DNA from: a virus
Taxonomy: Duplodnaviria; Caudoviricetes
Strand: one strand, 5' to 3'
Length of the DNA stretch: 51,890 nt
IMG/VR virus record: IMGVR_UViG_3300032397_000018
Location: 1 to 51,890 of that record
In this document: piece by piece, positions 1 through 9,116 of the stretch
How positions within the stretch are numbered: the first letter of the stretch is position 1
Layout: the number at the start of each line of letters is the position of its first letter
Program-made: the position numbers and the translations under genes
Notes under the pieces: generated by a model
Databases searched by the model: none
What the model was told of the DNA's origin: nothing
Seen by the model: only the letters and a program-made list of their open reading frames with translations

Positions 1-215
1 CCACATTAACCTGAATCAGTCTCACCTACTGCTGTCTAACGTTTTTGCCCTACAATCCTACCTCAAAATGTTGGCAGCGGTTTCCTCTTCCCCCCCATTG
101 TGATTGGTTGACGATGATACCGCTCAGCCAGTAGTCTTAATAGTCTGAGAATAGTTTTTTTTGATTTTTGGCTGTCCGTGCGGGTTCCAAGGTTAAGTTG
201 TCTACCAGTAGAGCA
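1..215. repeat. Terminal direct repeat, left copy
   Basis: Matches 51675-51890 except for a C7 (here, 90-96) versus C8 homopolymer. Confidence 0.95.
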
Positions 216-220
216 TCAGC

Positions 221-260
221 AGTAGACCAGAGTAGCCGTCAGTAGTCGTCAGTAGCTAGA
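221..260 (+). repeat. Four AGTAG-led 10-bp phased repeats, possible terminase-binding (pac) region
   Basis: AGTAG starts at 221, 231, 241 and 251, with another at 207; lies just upstream of the terS candidate. The function is inferred. Confidence 0.6.
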
Positions 261-277
261 TCGAGGATTAATTTGCC

Positions 278-1306
278 ATGCCAGCGACTAAACCACTCCC
301 TTCGAGACCCACTAAACCACTCCCTTCGAGACCCACGCGAGGCACACCACGAGGCACACCACGAGGCACACCACGAGTAATCGATTGGCGGGACCTGTAC
401 CGCAAATGGCTCACGAGTGGAGTGACGCGGTGCCAGTTTTTGAGGAAACACATTGGATATTTTGGTGGTTCAGTCATCGCTTCCACCGAAGCCTGGCCGC
501 AGGCTCTCATCAATCATGTACGTGAGTATGGGTGGAGCAATCATAGCGTGACCAAAACATTTCTGGCTCAGTTTAGCTCAGCGTACAGAGGCAATGTGAC
601 TCTGATCGGTCTGTCAGTCGAACCTGCCCAGGCCACGGTCAAAAAACTCAACGAGTCAAATACAACGAATATGCTCAGAGTCATACCAGACGAGTTAGAT
701 TTTGTGGTCCACGCCGTTAGAGAATCAGAACGCCAAAAAGAATTCCCGTCGTTACCATCAGTGCCAATCGAAGTTGTTCCGAACATGCCGGATGAAAGCC
801 ATGCCAATCAGTCGTCATTCATGATTTCTCCCGCAGAAGTTGAGCGTGCGGCAAAGGCGATGCATCCGCGCGTGCTGGAGGTTTGGGGACAGGTTCAAGA
901 GTGGAGAGCCAACCAAGCGGTCAACGACTGGAAAACTGCTGAACGCATCAGAAATCACATACACATGATTGCTCATCAGAATGTTGCAGAGGAACCGTTA
1001 ACTGACGCCAAAGGCAAGCCGGTACTTGATGATCATGGCAAGCCAAAAATGAGATTGACGTCCAAACTGAAGCCATCGGATGTACGACAATTGGCTACAG
1101 CTGCATCGGATATCCAAAGGATGCAGCGCTTGGCCGTTGGTCTCAGCACCGATAACATAGGCATCGATCTCCCGCGAAATGCTGGGGATGGTTCTCACAT
1201 CTCCAAACCTGCCGAGCAAGATACCGGCATACTTTTCGTTGTTGAGATGAGCAAGGATGGCAAGTTTGTTCGGCAAAGGCCACGAATGATTGAGCAAAAT
1301 GAATGA
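278..1306 (+). CDS. Putative terminase small subunit
   Basis: First gene of the packaging block; GAGGA RBS; IDWRDLYRKW N-terminal motif, helical C-terminal part (KPSDVRQLATAASDIQRMQRLAVGL); N-terminal TKPLPSRP x2 and RGTP x3 repeats. Confidence 0.6.
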   Translation: MPATKPLPSRPTKPLPSRPTRGTPRGTPRGTPRVIDWRDLYRKWLTSGVTRCQFLRKHIGYFGGSVIASTEAWPQALINHVREYGWSNHSVTKTFLAQFSSAYRGNVTLIGLSVEPAQATVKKLNESNTTNMLRVIPDELDFVVHAVRESERQKEFPSLPSVPIEVVPNMPDESHANQSSFMISPAEVERAAKAMHPRVLEVWGQVQEWRANQAVNDWKTAERIRNHIHMIAHQNVAEEPLTDAKGKPVLDDHGKPKMRLTSKLKPSDVRQLATAASDIQRMQRLAVGLSTDNIGIDLPRNAGDGSHISKPAEQDTGILFVVEMSKDGKFVRQRPRMIEQNE

Positions 1307-1506
1307 GATGCTGTATGACACCAATTCCAAAATACGTGCATAACCCATTGCGATCTTACCCACGCAATCTGCCGTGCTTTTGCAAGAGCGGGAAGAAATT
1401 CAAGATGTGTTGCCTGAATAAACTGGCAGACTATATCCCTGACGATGATCACGCCGAGGACGCTCGCAAAGCCGTGCGGTTTGCTCGCGAATATCACAAG
1501 AGATAA
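1303..1506 (+). CDS. SEC-C (SecA C-terminal type) zinc-binding motif protein
   Basis: RNLPCFCKSGKKFKMCC matches the RNxxCxCxSGKKxKxCC consensus; ATGA overlap with the upstream gene. Confidence 0.85.
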   Translation: MRCCMTPIPKYVHNPLRSYPRNLPCFCKSGKKFKMCCLNKLADYIPDDDHAEDARKAVRFAREYHKR

Positions 1507-1538
1507 CATATCGATAATGCTGGCAAAGGAGACATGTC

Positions 1539-2315
1539 ATGAGGACCTATACGCTGTTGCAAGGAAATTGCAAAAAGCATCTTCCCGATTTAGCTGGAAA
1601 GGTTGATCTCATCGTCACATCACCGCCTTACGACAACCTGCGACAGTACAAGGAATATGAGTTTGACTTCGATAGCATCGCTCCACTGCTCGTGCAATCA
1701 CTCAAGCCAGGTGGCGTGATGGTGTGGATCGTGGGAGATGCCTGTATTGACGGCAGCGAAACGGGTACCAGCTTCCGGCAGGCTCTGTCATTCATAGACC
1801 TGGGGTTCAAACTGCATGACACGATGATTTATATGAAAACTAGCGTGGCCTATCCTGATGAAGTACGCTATTACCAGGTTTTTGAATATATGTTTGTTTT
1901 TTCCAATGGATCACCACTAACATTCAATCCGTTAATGGATCGTATAAATAAAACTTTTGGTATACCCACGCATTGTAGTACGGAAAGACAACCAGATGGA
2001 ACAACGAAACCAAGAGTACGTGCGGAAGCCATAACTCCGCAACTGGGTAGGAGATACAACGTCTGGAAAATTCCCAACGCATTGAGAATCAATACGTGGC
2101 ATCCCGCGATATTCCCGCTTGCATTAGCTATGGATCACATCAAATCTTGGTCAAACGAAGGCAACCTCGTGCTTGATCCATTTGTCGGTAGCGGTACAAC
2201 CATCGAGGCAGCCATGCGCCTTAATCGCCGAGTGGTGGGCATCGAGATATCCGAGGAATATTGCGTGCAGATCAGGCGTCGTATGGCCTGGCTTGGCACA
2301 GAACAACAGCTATGA
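1539..2315 (+). CDS. DNA methyltransferase, N4C/N6A family, beta class (probably m4C)
   Basis: TSPPY catalytic motif precedes HPAIFP and LDPFVGSGTT SAM-binding motif; AGGAG RBS. Confidence 0.92.
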   Translation: MRTYTLLQGNCKKHLPDLAGKVDLIVTSPPYDNLRQYKEYEFDFDSIAPLLVQSLKPGGVMVWIVGDACIDGSETGTSFRQALSFIDLGFKLHDTMIYMKTSVAYPDEVRYYQVFEYMFVFSNGSPLTFNPLMDRINKTFGIPTHCSTERQPDGTTKPRVRAEAITPQLGRRYNVWKIPNALRINTWHPAIFPLALAMDHIKSWSNEGNLVLDPFVGSGTTIEAAMRLNRRVVGIEISEEYCVQIRRRMAWLGTEQQL

Positions 2316-2334
2316 AGGGTACGCAGATAACCCT

Positions 2335-3795
2335 ATGCAACGTCACAGCATCCGTGTCCGCCTTCCTTCACCACATCCGAGCCAAGATGTCTTTGTCTAC
2401 TGGAACGACTGGCACCCTAAAGCCCAAGTGCTTGTAGGCCCATGCGGGACGAAGGCGGGAAAATCGTTTGGATCTGCCATTTGGTTATCTCGTGAGGCAA
2501 TGCTGTATTCTGGCCTGTACTGCCTCTGGATTGGTCCTACGATTGAAAAAGCAAAGATCGGTTACCGATACGTCAAAGCCATGATGCCCGAATCCATGGC
2601 GCAATGCAGCGATGCTAAATTAGAGATACGTCTGGCCAACAACACGTTTGTCAAATTTACTCACGGTCGTGATGCCGAAGTGACCGTTGAAGGCGAAAGC
2701 GTTCATCGGTTTGTGATGGATGAAGCTGGAAAACAACGCAGGCAGCTCTGGTACTCACTGCTGACCACGATTACTCAGACGCTCGGGCTTGGGATCATCA
2801 CGGGAACACCTAGAGGACTAAACTGGTACAGTGAGGTTTACCGACAAGCCATAAGTGGGGATCCATTTTTCTGCCACGCTCAACTCCCTACCTCAACCAG
2901 CCCGTATGTGTCGCCGCAGGCCATCGAAAACGCAAAAAGGATCCTCCCAACGTCGTTGTTCAATCAATACTATTTAGCGCAATTTGTCAGTGAAAGTAAT
3001 GTGTTCGGAGATCTTGGCGAGATTTGGTTTAGAGATCCACCAGTCAGAACCAATACCAAGTTGTGGATTCATCCCGATTTGGCACAGCGCTCTGTAGACA
3101 CCGTGACTGGCGTGGACGTGGCCAAAAAACGAGACTACACCGTCTTTCTCACGACCAATACCAACGGCATAGTCGTGGGATATTGGCGCTTCCGTGGAAT
3201 GGCCTACACAGAGCAGGCTCATGCGTTGGTAAAATACCTGAGCAAATTTCCGGGAGACAAGCACGTGCGTTACGACGCGACCGGCGTGGGCGAAGGCTTC
3301 GGTGACATTCTGAACGAAGTGGCCGACAATGTTGATGCCGTATTTATCCCCGTGTTATTCACAAATTTAGCAAAACAAGACATGGTTACCCGTACACGTA
3401 TCGCAATCGAGAGTGACTGGTGGAAATGTCCATATATTGAACAGATTGAACACGAATTCGCTGCATACGAAATGCGGGTATCTCGGACAGGTCTGCATAC
3501 TTTTGCTGCAGTTGAAGGCGAAAACGATGATTGCGTGTCAGCTGGTATGTTGTCGATCAGTGGAGCTTTTCAGAGCGCTAAAGCGGATTACGCAGTCGAG
3601 GTTCTGGAAAAATTAAACACTGGAAACAGAAAAAAGGACAGTGACGGCGAATATCAAACAGAAGACAATGACGAGATTAGCCAATGGGCAAATGCAGTAG
3701 GCAATGATTTCGATGAAATTGAAAACTGCGATGGTCTTGGCAGCGAAGCCGATGATATCGATGAAGAATCTATTTTTGGTGATTTGCAGGATTGA
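2335..3795 (+). CDS. terL: Terminase large subunit
   Basis: Walker A-like GTKAGKS, Walker B FVMDEA, motif III TGTP, nuclease motifs GVDVAKKRDYTV, DATGVG and NDDCV; start set at ATG 2335, after the MTase stop. Confidence 0.93.
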   Translation: MQRHSIRVRLPSPHPSQDVFVYWNDWHPKAQVLVGPCGTKAGKSFGSAIWLSREAMLYSGLYCLWIGPTIEKAKIGYRYVKAMMPESMAQCSDAKLEIRLANNTFVKFTHGRDAEVTVEGESVHRFVMDEAGKQRRQLWYSLLTTITQTLGLGIITGTPRGLNWYSEVYRQAISGDPFFCHAQLPTSTSPYVSPQAIENAKRILPTSLFNQYYLAQFVSESNVFGDLGEIWFRDPPVRTNTKLWIHPDLAQRSVDTVTGVDVAKKRDYTVFLTTNTNGIVVGYWRFRGMAYTEQAHALVKYLSKFPGDKHVRYDATGVGEGFGDILNEVADNVDAVFIPVLFTNLAKQDMVTRTRIAIESDWWKCPYIEQIEHEFAAYEMRVSRTGLHTFAAVEGENDDCVSAGMLSISGAFQSAKADYAVEVLEKLNTGNRKKDSDGEYQTEDNDEISQWANAVGNDFDEIENCDGLGSEADDIDEESIFGDLQD

Positions 3796-3797
3796 AC

Positions 3798-6194
3798 ATG
3801 AAAAATCCATTCTCTGGTCTGTTCTCTGGTCTGTTCCGTGGTCGCGTGATCCATCCAGTCGAAACTATTTCCAGCATTGCTGAACTGACTGAGATGGCAA
3901 TGATCCACGAGCGATTGGACGCTTTTATCGAGGCTGCCATGAAAAGGGAGATGGACCCGAACCTGGCAAACAGCATCAACGAGTATGGCGCAGATGAAGG
4001 CGCAGGTTATTTTGGCCGTGAATTTGAGTTACGGGCCACAGTAGGACGCCTGAAAAGCCTCTACTCCAGGGAGCCGTGGATTTATGCTGGGAGCACGCTG
4101 ATCGCACGGACGCTCACGTCTGTGCCCATGCGGATTTACGACAAACGCACGGGAGCAGTGATTCCAAATCATCCGTTAGAATTGTTGTACAAAACAGGGA
4201 GTCCTCTTGAAGATGGAATATCGGCGCAGTGGTCATCTGATCTGGACCTGGATCTGACTGGCAATGCCTTTCTGGTGCTAGATCCTACGATGCGCACCTA
4301 TGTCCACGTGCCAGTAGAACTATGCACGATGAAACTGGCTGATCCAAAAATTGACAATCGTATTGGCCTGCAAACGCTCGTGGTGACAGATCCCACGAAA
4401 CAAAACGGCAGCAAACAAGAGATTCCATATAAACAAATCATCCACTTACGCTTGCCAAATCCATCAAACAAATTCTATGGCATGTCAGCCTGGTGCGCGG
4501 CAGCTCGTCCGATCCTGCTTGACCGGTACAAGAGCGAATATGACATGGCGTTTTATCTGCGTGGCGCAACGCACACAGGCGTGATTGAGACAACCGAAGA
4601 CATGACTAAAAGTCGCATGGAACGGTTGATGCGCACATTCGAGGCAGCGTTTACTGGTCGCAGGAACTGGTGGCGTCCGCTGTTCTTGCCTCGTGGAGCC
4701 AAATGGATTTCTAGTAGTCCAACGATGGCCGAGATGCAGCATCTGGAAGGTCTCCGCGAAAACCGAAAAGTCATCCTCGCTGTTCGTGGAGTACCAGGTG
4801 CCATGGTTGGATTGGTAGAGGATGCCAATCGCGCGAACATGGAAACACAGGCACGCATATTTTGGGAAAATACGATCGTCCCGATGGCTGTGTTCAAGGC
4901 TGCGTGCTGGAATAACAGTTATTTGGCCAGAGTCATTTACCCGATGGTTGAGATGCGCCCAGATTTCACGGGCATCGAATCCCTGCAAGGCTCGCTCATC
5001 AGTCGTGGCGAGCAAGCTAAGGCCGTCGAGAACCACTGGAAACTGGACGAAATAAGGACCAAGATTTACGGCTTGCCTCCGATGGGTGATGAGCGTGGAG
5101 ATAAGCTGTTTGTCGAGATCAAACCAGCAGCACCAGCAGCCATACCAACGGGTCAAACTGGCCTGCCAGCAAGCGCAACGCCGTTGATGGATGCTGTGGC
5201 GGGGGGGACGCCTCCCAGCTCCCTACCGCCATCGTCAGCTCCCCAGGAGACCATTCCTGCTGAACCTGTTGCGCCACCACCTGCTGAGACACCGCCAGCT
5301 GAGACACCGCCAGCTAAAGGCAAGCGCACAGTCAATCTCCGCGTCAAAGACGAGGTAACGACGAGCCAAAATCGGATTGAGGAAAAATTGTCCGAAGCCG
5401 TGGACGTTGCCTATGCCGCGTTCATCGATCAGACATTGTCCGTAGCGCAACGTGCTGTGGCTGATCATCGTGATGTGCGGAGAGCATTAAATGAGTCAGA
5501 ACAACACCGAGTTGCGTCGTATTGGCAAGCGGTAAAATCATCAATGGATAAGGCGCTTGACCGAGGTTTCTTGGCAAGTCAGGCCAACGTGAGATGTTTG
5601 CCTATTGCCGTAGGCACCAAGGAAATCAAATACGAGTGGACAGAACTAGATCGACAGGCCGTGGAGATACTGCGAGAGCGTACAGTCGATGGTCAACGGA
5701 GATTGATGGCAGAGCGTGCTTTACAGCGCTTCTTTGGGCACAGTGTCCGCGTTACAGAACAGATCAATACCCTGGTCGATCAGGGGTTTGAGCAGGGATT
5801 GTCGTGGTCTGAGATTGCTCGCACAATCAGGGACAACTACACGGAGACCTATCCGAACCAGGCGAACACGATCGTGCGCACTGAAATTCTTAGCGCAGTC
5901 AGCCAGGGGTGGAAATGGAACCAAGAAGCGCTCACGACCATTTTTGACAAAGTGGACAAGCAGTGGCTCCATCAGGGAGATGCGGCGACCAATCCAGACG
6001 CCAGAGAGTGGCACGCTGATTTTGAAGATCTTGGTGTGGTCGATGCTGAATACGAGTTTGCATCTGGCCTTGCTTTTCCGCGTGATCCTCGTGCCGAGGC
6101 TGGGGAAATTATCAATTGCAGGTGTTCTGCTGTGAGCGTAATAGCGGGTGATGCTACCTCGCATGCCGCTACCATCATAGATTCGGAGTTTTAA
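3798..6194 (+). CDS. HK97-family portal protein fused to a MuF/gp7-like head morphogenesis domain
   Basis: Portal motifs (LTGNAF, IIHLRLPNP..FYGMS, GVPGAMVG); Pro-rich linker; C-terminal IVRTE...KQW...REWH...FPRDP...EIINCRC. Confidence 0.9.
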   Translation: MKNPFSGLFSGLFRGRVIHPVETISSIAELTEMAMIHERLDAFIEAAMKREMDPNLANSINEYGADEGAGYFGREFELRATVGRLKSLYSREPWIYAGSTLIARTLTSVPMRIYDKRTGAVIPNHPLELLYKTGSPLEDGISAQWSSDLDLDLTGNAFLVLDPTMRTYVHVPVELCTMKLADPKIDNRIGLQTLVVTDPTKQNGSKQEIPYKQIIHLRLPNPSNKFYGMSAWCAAARPILLDRYKSEYDMAFYLRGATHTGVIETTEDMTKSRMERLMRTFEAAFTGRRNWWRPLFLPRGAKWISSSPTMAEMQHLEGLRENRKVILAVRGVPGAMVGLVEDANRANMETQARIFWENTIVPMAVFKAACWNNSYLARVIYPMVEMRPDFTGIESLQGSLISRGEQAKAVENHWKLDEIRTKIYGLPPMGDERGDKLFVEIKPAAPAAIPTGQTGLPASATPLMDAVAGGTPPSSLPPSSAPQETIPAEPVAPPPAETPPAETPPAKGKRTVNLRVKDEVTTSQNRIEEKLSEAVDVAYAAFIDQTLSVAQRAVADHRDVRRALNESEQHRVASYWQAVKSSMDKALDRGFLASQANVRCLPIAVGTKEIKYEWTELDRQAVEILRERTVDGQRRLMAERALQRFFGHSVRVTEQINTLVDQGFEQGLSWSEIARTIRDNYTETYPNQANTIVRTEILSAVSQGWKWNQEALTTIFDKVDKQWLHQGDAATNPDAREWHADFEDLGVVDAEYEFASGLAFPRDPRAEAGEIINCRCSAVSVIAGDATSHAATIIDSEF

Positions 6195-6198
6195 AAAC

Positions 6199-7251
6199 AT
6201 GGAAATCAAAGCACCGCAAGGCATGCACGTTGGGAAGATTGATTGGAAGGAAGCCATCGCTAAGCGATCCGTGGTCGAAATATATGGCGCGGTGCTGGTC
6301 AAAGAGCCCGTGGCTGCGGCAGAGCCCGCCGACCCAACCACGCCAATGCCTAACCCAGTGACAGGCGAAACGTCACTAAAAGATGATGAACCCTTGCGTA
6401 TCTCTGGAATGGCCAATGCCAACATCACGGATCGGGTGGATGAACGCCTTGATCCTGCTGGATGTTCTCTGATCAATTTTCTCAATAATCCTATTCTGTT
6501 AGTGAATCACCACTACAGGTGTGATGCAGCGATTGGCCGTGTTGATTACATCGAGTGCAAAGACACAGGCGTGGAATTTGCCGCGTGGATTGGCATGCCT
6601 TCCAAGGCTCCACTGACTGACATGCAAAAAAATGTCAGAAGTCTGGTCGCTCAGGGAATACTATGTACCGTCAGTGTCGGTTTTATCCCGCTGGAATTCA
6701 GTGAGGCGTTGTGGAGCGAAGCTGGGGAATTGCGGGAACCAATGACCATCGTGAAATGGGAGTTGCTCGAAATCAGCATCATTCCTGTCCCATGTAATCA
6801 AGGATCGTTGTTTAGTTTGAAGGAAAACAGAATTAAGATCATGGCAGAAGCAGAGCAAATCGCTAAGGGCTTCCAACCGGGTGGCGTCGATGTTACGCTG
6901 ACCGGATCAGAGGCCAACACGACAAAGCAACCAGGAGGAGAGATCGGCGCAATGGATGAACTATTAAAAGAGTTGGTTGTAAATGTGAAGGCCGTTCATG
7001 AAGTGTGCAATCGCACGATGGGTATGTGCGAAAATATCCATACCAAGGTATGCAACAGCGACAATCCAAATGGCGGTGAAGGGAATGGTTCGGGAGACAA
7101 TGGTCCTCCTACTACTCCTCCACCTGCGACAGAAGAAGGGAAGAACACTGAAAATTATGCGACAAAGGCCAGCCTAGAAGCGTTGACCGCGAGCGTCAGC
7201 GATTTGGCCAAGGCCGTGGCGCTTATTGCGGGACGTGTTGACGCTACGTAA
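6199..7251 (+). CDS. HK97-type prohead maturation protease with C-terminal extension
   Basis: DRVDE, NPILLVNH, IGRV, SVGFIP, WELLEISIIPVPCN motifs; lies between portal and capsid. Confidence 0.92.
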   Translation: MEIKAPQGMHVGKIDWKEAIAKRSVVEIYGAVLVKEPVAAAEPADPTTPMPNPVTGETSLKDDEPLRISGMANANITDRVDERLDPAGCSLINFLNNPILLVNHHYRCDAAIGRVDYIECKDTGVEFAAWIGMPSKAPLTDMQKNVRSLVAQGILCTVSVGFIPLEFSEALWSEAGELREPMTIVKWELLEISIIPVPCNQGSLFSLKENRIKIMAEAEQIAKGFQPGGVDVTLTGSEANTTKQPGGEIGAMDELLKELVVNVKAVHEVCNRTMGMCENIHTKVCNSDNPNGGEGNGSGDNGPPTTPPPATEEGKNTENYATKASLEALTASVSDLAKAVALIAGRVDAT

Positions 7252-7302
7252 TCTGGCGTGCGACAGTTTTACTACTCTTTTTGAATTTTTTAGGAGATCA
7301 CA

Positions 7303-8679
7303 ATGTCAGTTCAGAATCCCATTGCGCCAGGTTCCGAGAACGTGAACGACCATATCAAAGGCATTTACGACATTCTGTCGGGCAAACAAGCACCTGCTCA
7401 AATCGGCAAACCGATCTGGGAGAAGGATCTCGAAGTTGCTAAGGCGCATGGCGTGCGCACGATGGGCGATTTGTTCGGTCACCGAGACGACCAGGACAAC
7501 AAGCAGAGCGTGCGATCTATCAATTTCGGCAGCAAGGCCGATTGTCGGTTCATGGGTGATGACGTTCGTCTGCGCCTGTTCAATCTCAAGCGTCTGTTGA
7601 GCGATTGCGAAATCCAGGCCGGGTATGTTTTCAAGACGGGAATGCCATCCGCTGCTCAGATCATGGAAACACCGCTCTATCGAAACTACCTTGAACCCAC
7701 GCTAAAAGCCTTTAATATCACGGACTTCAGCCAATGGTTGCCCACCGTGCATTCGCGTTGGTATTTTGAGGAATATGAGATCCCGTATTTGCTCGCGAAC
7801 GAATTCGACACGATGCCCATGGACAGTTCGATTGTCCATATTCCAGGCGTGCTTGGCTTGTTGGAAGGCAAAGAAGAAACCGACGTTGCCACTTTCACAG
7901 AACAAGCGAACACGCAATCCTCGTTCGATGTGTACGCTCGTAATAACGTCGTCCACACGACCATCACCGAAGACCTGTCGATGGATTCCGCTCCTGCGGT
8001 GATTGACAAGCTTCGCCGTGAAGTTGTTGCCGGTAACGCCAGGGCATACGAGAGAGCAGTCATCAATGGCGATATCACGGGATCTCCTCGTGGTGCCTCG
8101 CACATGGATAGCGACATTGCAGCGATCGGCAAGCACTTCTGTAAGGCGTTCAACGGATTCCGCAAACGCGCCATGGACAACAGTTTGACTGTTGATCACA
8201 AAGGTGATTCGCCGAGTAAGGCGTTGTTCCTGAATATGCTGAAGAAAATGGGAAAATTCGGCAGCGAAAAATCCGATCTTCTTTGGGTTTATCCGTCAAG
8301 TGTTGGCACCGATCTCGTCGGTGGAGCGATCCCAGAATTGTTTACCGCATTTGCGTTTGGCGGCCTGGCTTCCAACGTCACTGGCGCAGTTCCTCCGGTT
8401 TTCGGCATCAAGGGTATCGAATCGCAGTATGTGCGCGAAGACCTGGATGCCACGGGCGTGTACGGCAGCGGCCAAACGAAGACCAATCTGTTGTTGGTCA
8501 AGAAATCACGGTTCTACAATTTCGCCAGAGCTGCGATTCGCGTCTGGGCCAGTCCGTCGCTTCCGAGCAGCGACATCATGCTCATGACAAGCAAAATCAG
8601 ACATGCCTTTTCAGGGACTCCTCAGACATCACTTGAAAAAAGTGTTGTTTGTGGAATCAACATCGAAACAGTCGCCTAA
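7303..8679 (+). CDS. Major capsid protein (HK97 fold)
   Basis: Position and size, strong AGGAG RBS; WLPTVHS, ITEDLSMDS, AVINGD and FNGFRK motifs; ~135 aa N-terminal extension before a possible K/A cleavage site. Confidence 0.88.
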   Translation: MSVQNPIAPGSENVNDHIKGIYDILSGKQAPAQIGKPIWEKDLEVAKAHGVRTMGDLFGHRDDQDNKQSVRSINFGSKADCRFMGDDVRLRLFNLKRLLSDCEIQAGYVFKTGMPSAAQIMETPLYRNYLEPTLKAFNITDFSQWLPTVHSRWYFEEYEIPYLLANEFDTMPMDSSIVHIPGVLGLLEGKEETDVATFTEQANTQSSFDVYARNNVVHTTITEDLSMDSAPAVIDKLRREVVAGNARAYERAVINGDITGSPRGASHMDSDIAAIGKHFCKAFNGFRKRAMDNSLTVDHKGDSPSKALFLNMLKKMGKFGSEKSDLLWVYPSSVGTDLVGGAIPELFTAFAFGGLASNVTGAVPPVFGIKGIESQYVREDLDATGVYGSGQTKTNLLLVKKSRFYNFARAAIRVWASPSLPSSDIMLMTSKIRHAFSGTPQTSLEKSVVCGINIETVA

Positions 8680-8685
8680 TTTAGT

Positions 8686-8759
8686 GGGCCAGACGTGGCC
8701 CTTGTAGCGCGACGCCTGGCCCTTTGGCCCTCGCCAGATCAGAGGGTTGAAGGGCCAGG
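8686..8759 (+). promoter_or_regulatory. Double stem-loop after the capsid gene (stabiliser, processing site or weak terminator)
   Basis: GGGCCA/TGGCCC (8686-8701) and an 18-bp stem with G-U pairs (8715-8759). Confidence 0.6.
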
Positions 8760-8777
8760 TTATTTCTGGGAGAAAAA

Positions 8778-9116
8778 ATGCCACGATATATCGAATACGA
8801 GGCTCTGCAATCCCTGGAGATCGGGCATCTTCAAGGTCGTCCAAAACTAAATCGTGGGGATCGCATTATCGTCTCCGTATCCTTCGCTGAAAATGTAATT
8901 TCCACATTTTATTTTGGATTGCTCATGCAGAAAAAAGAGCATGTTCTTGCCGCTGCATTGCCTGGTAATTTATTCATTAAACGAAAAGATTTCACAATTG
9001 TCCCAAATGAGTCTCAATCGCCTACACCGCAACAGGAATTAGCTCCACCGCTTCCGCGAGTGCGTAACCGTAGCATGGCCGATAAAGCTACGCGCAAGAC
9101 CAAGGGGTGTCCATGA
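8778..9116 (+). CDS. Hypothetical head-associated protein
   Basis: GGGAG RBS; sits between capsid and connector genes; ATGA overlap downstream. Confidence 0.65.
   Translation: MPRYIEYEALQSLEIGHLQGRPKLNRGDRIIVSVSFAENVISTFYFGLLMQKKEHVLAAALPGNLFIKRKDFTIVPNESQSPTPQQELAPPLPRVRNRSMADKATRKTKGCP

Noticed and set aside
221-377. Short repeats as a CRISPR array
   Set aside because: Units are 10-24 nt and directly tandem with no unique spacers; no cas genes
2173-2334. Longer N-terminus for TerL
   Set aside because: Overlaps the MTase by about 140 nt; ATG 2335 follows the MTase stop and precedes the ATPase motifs
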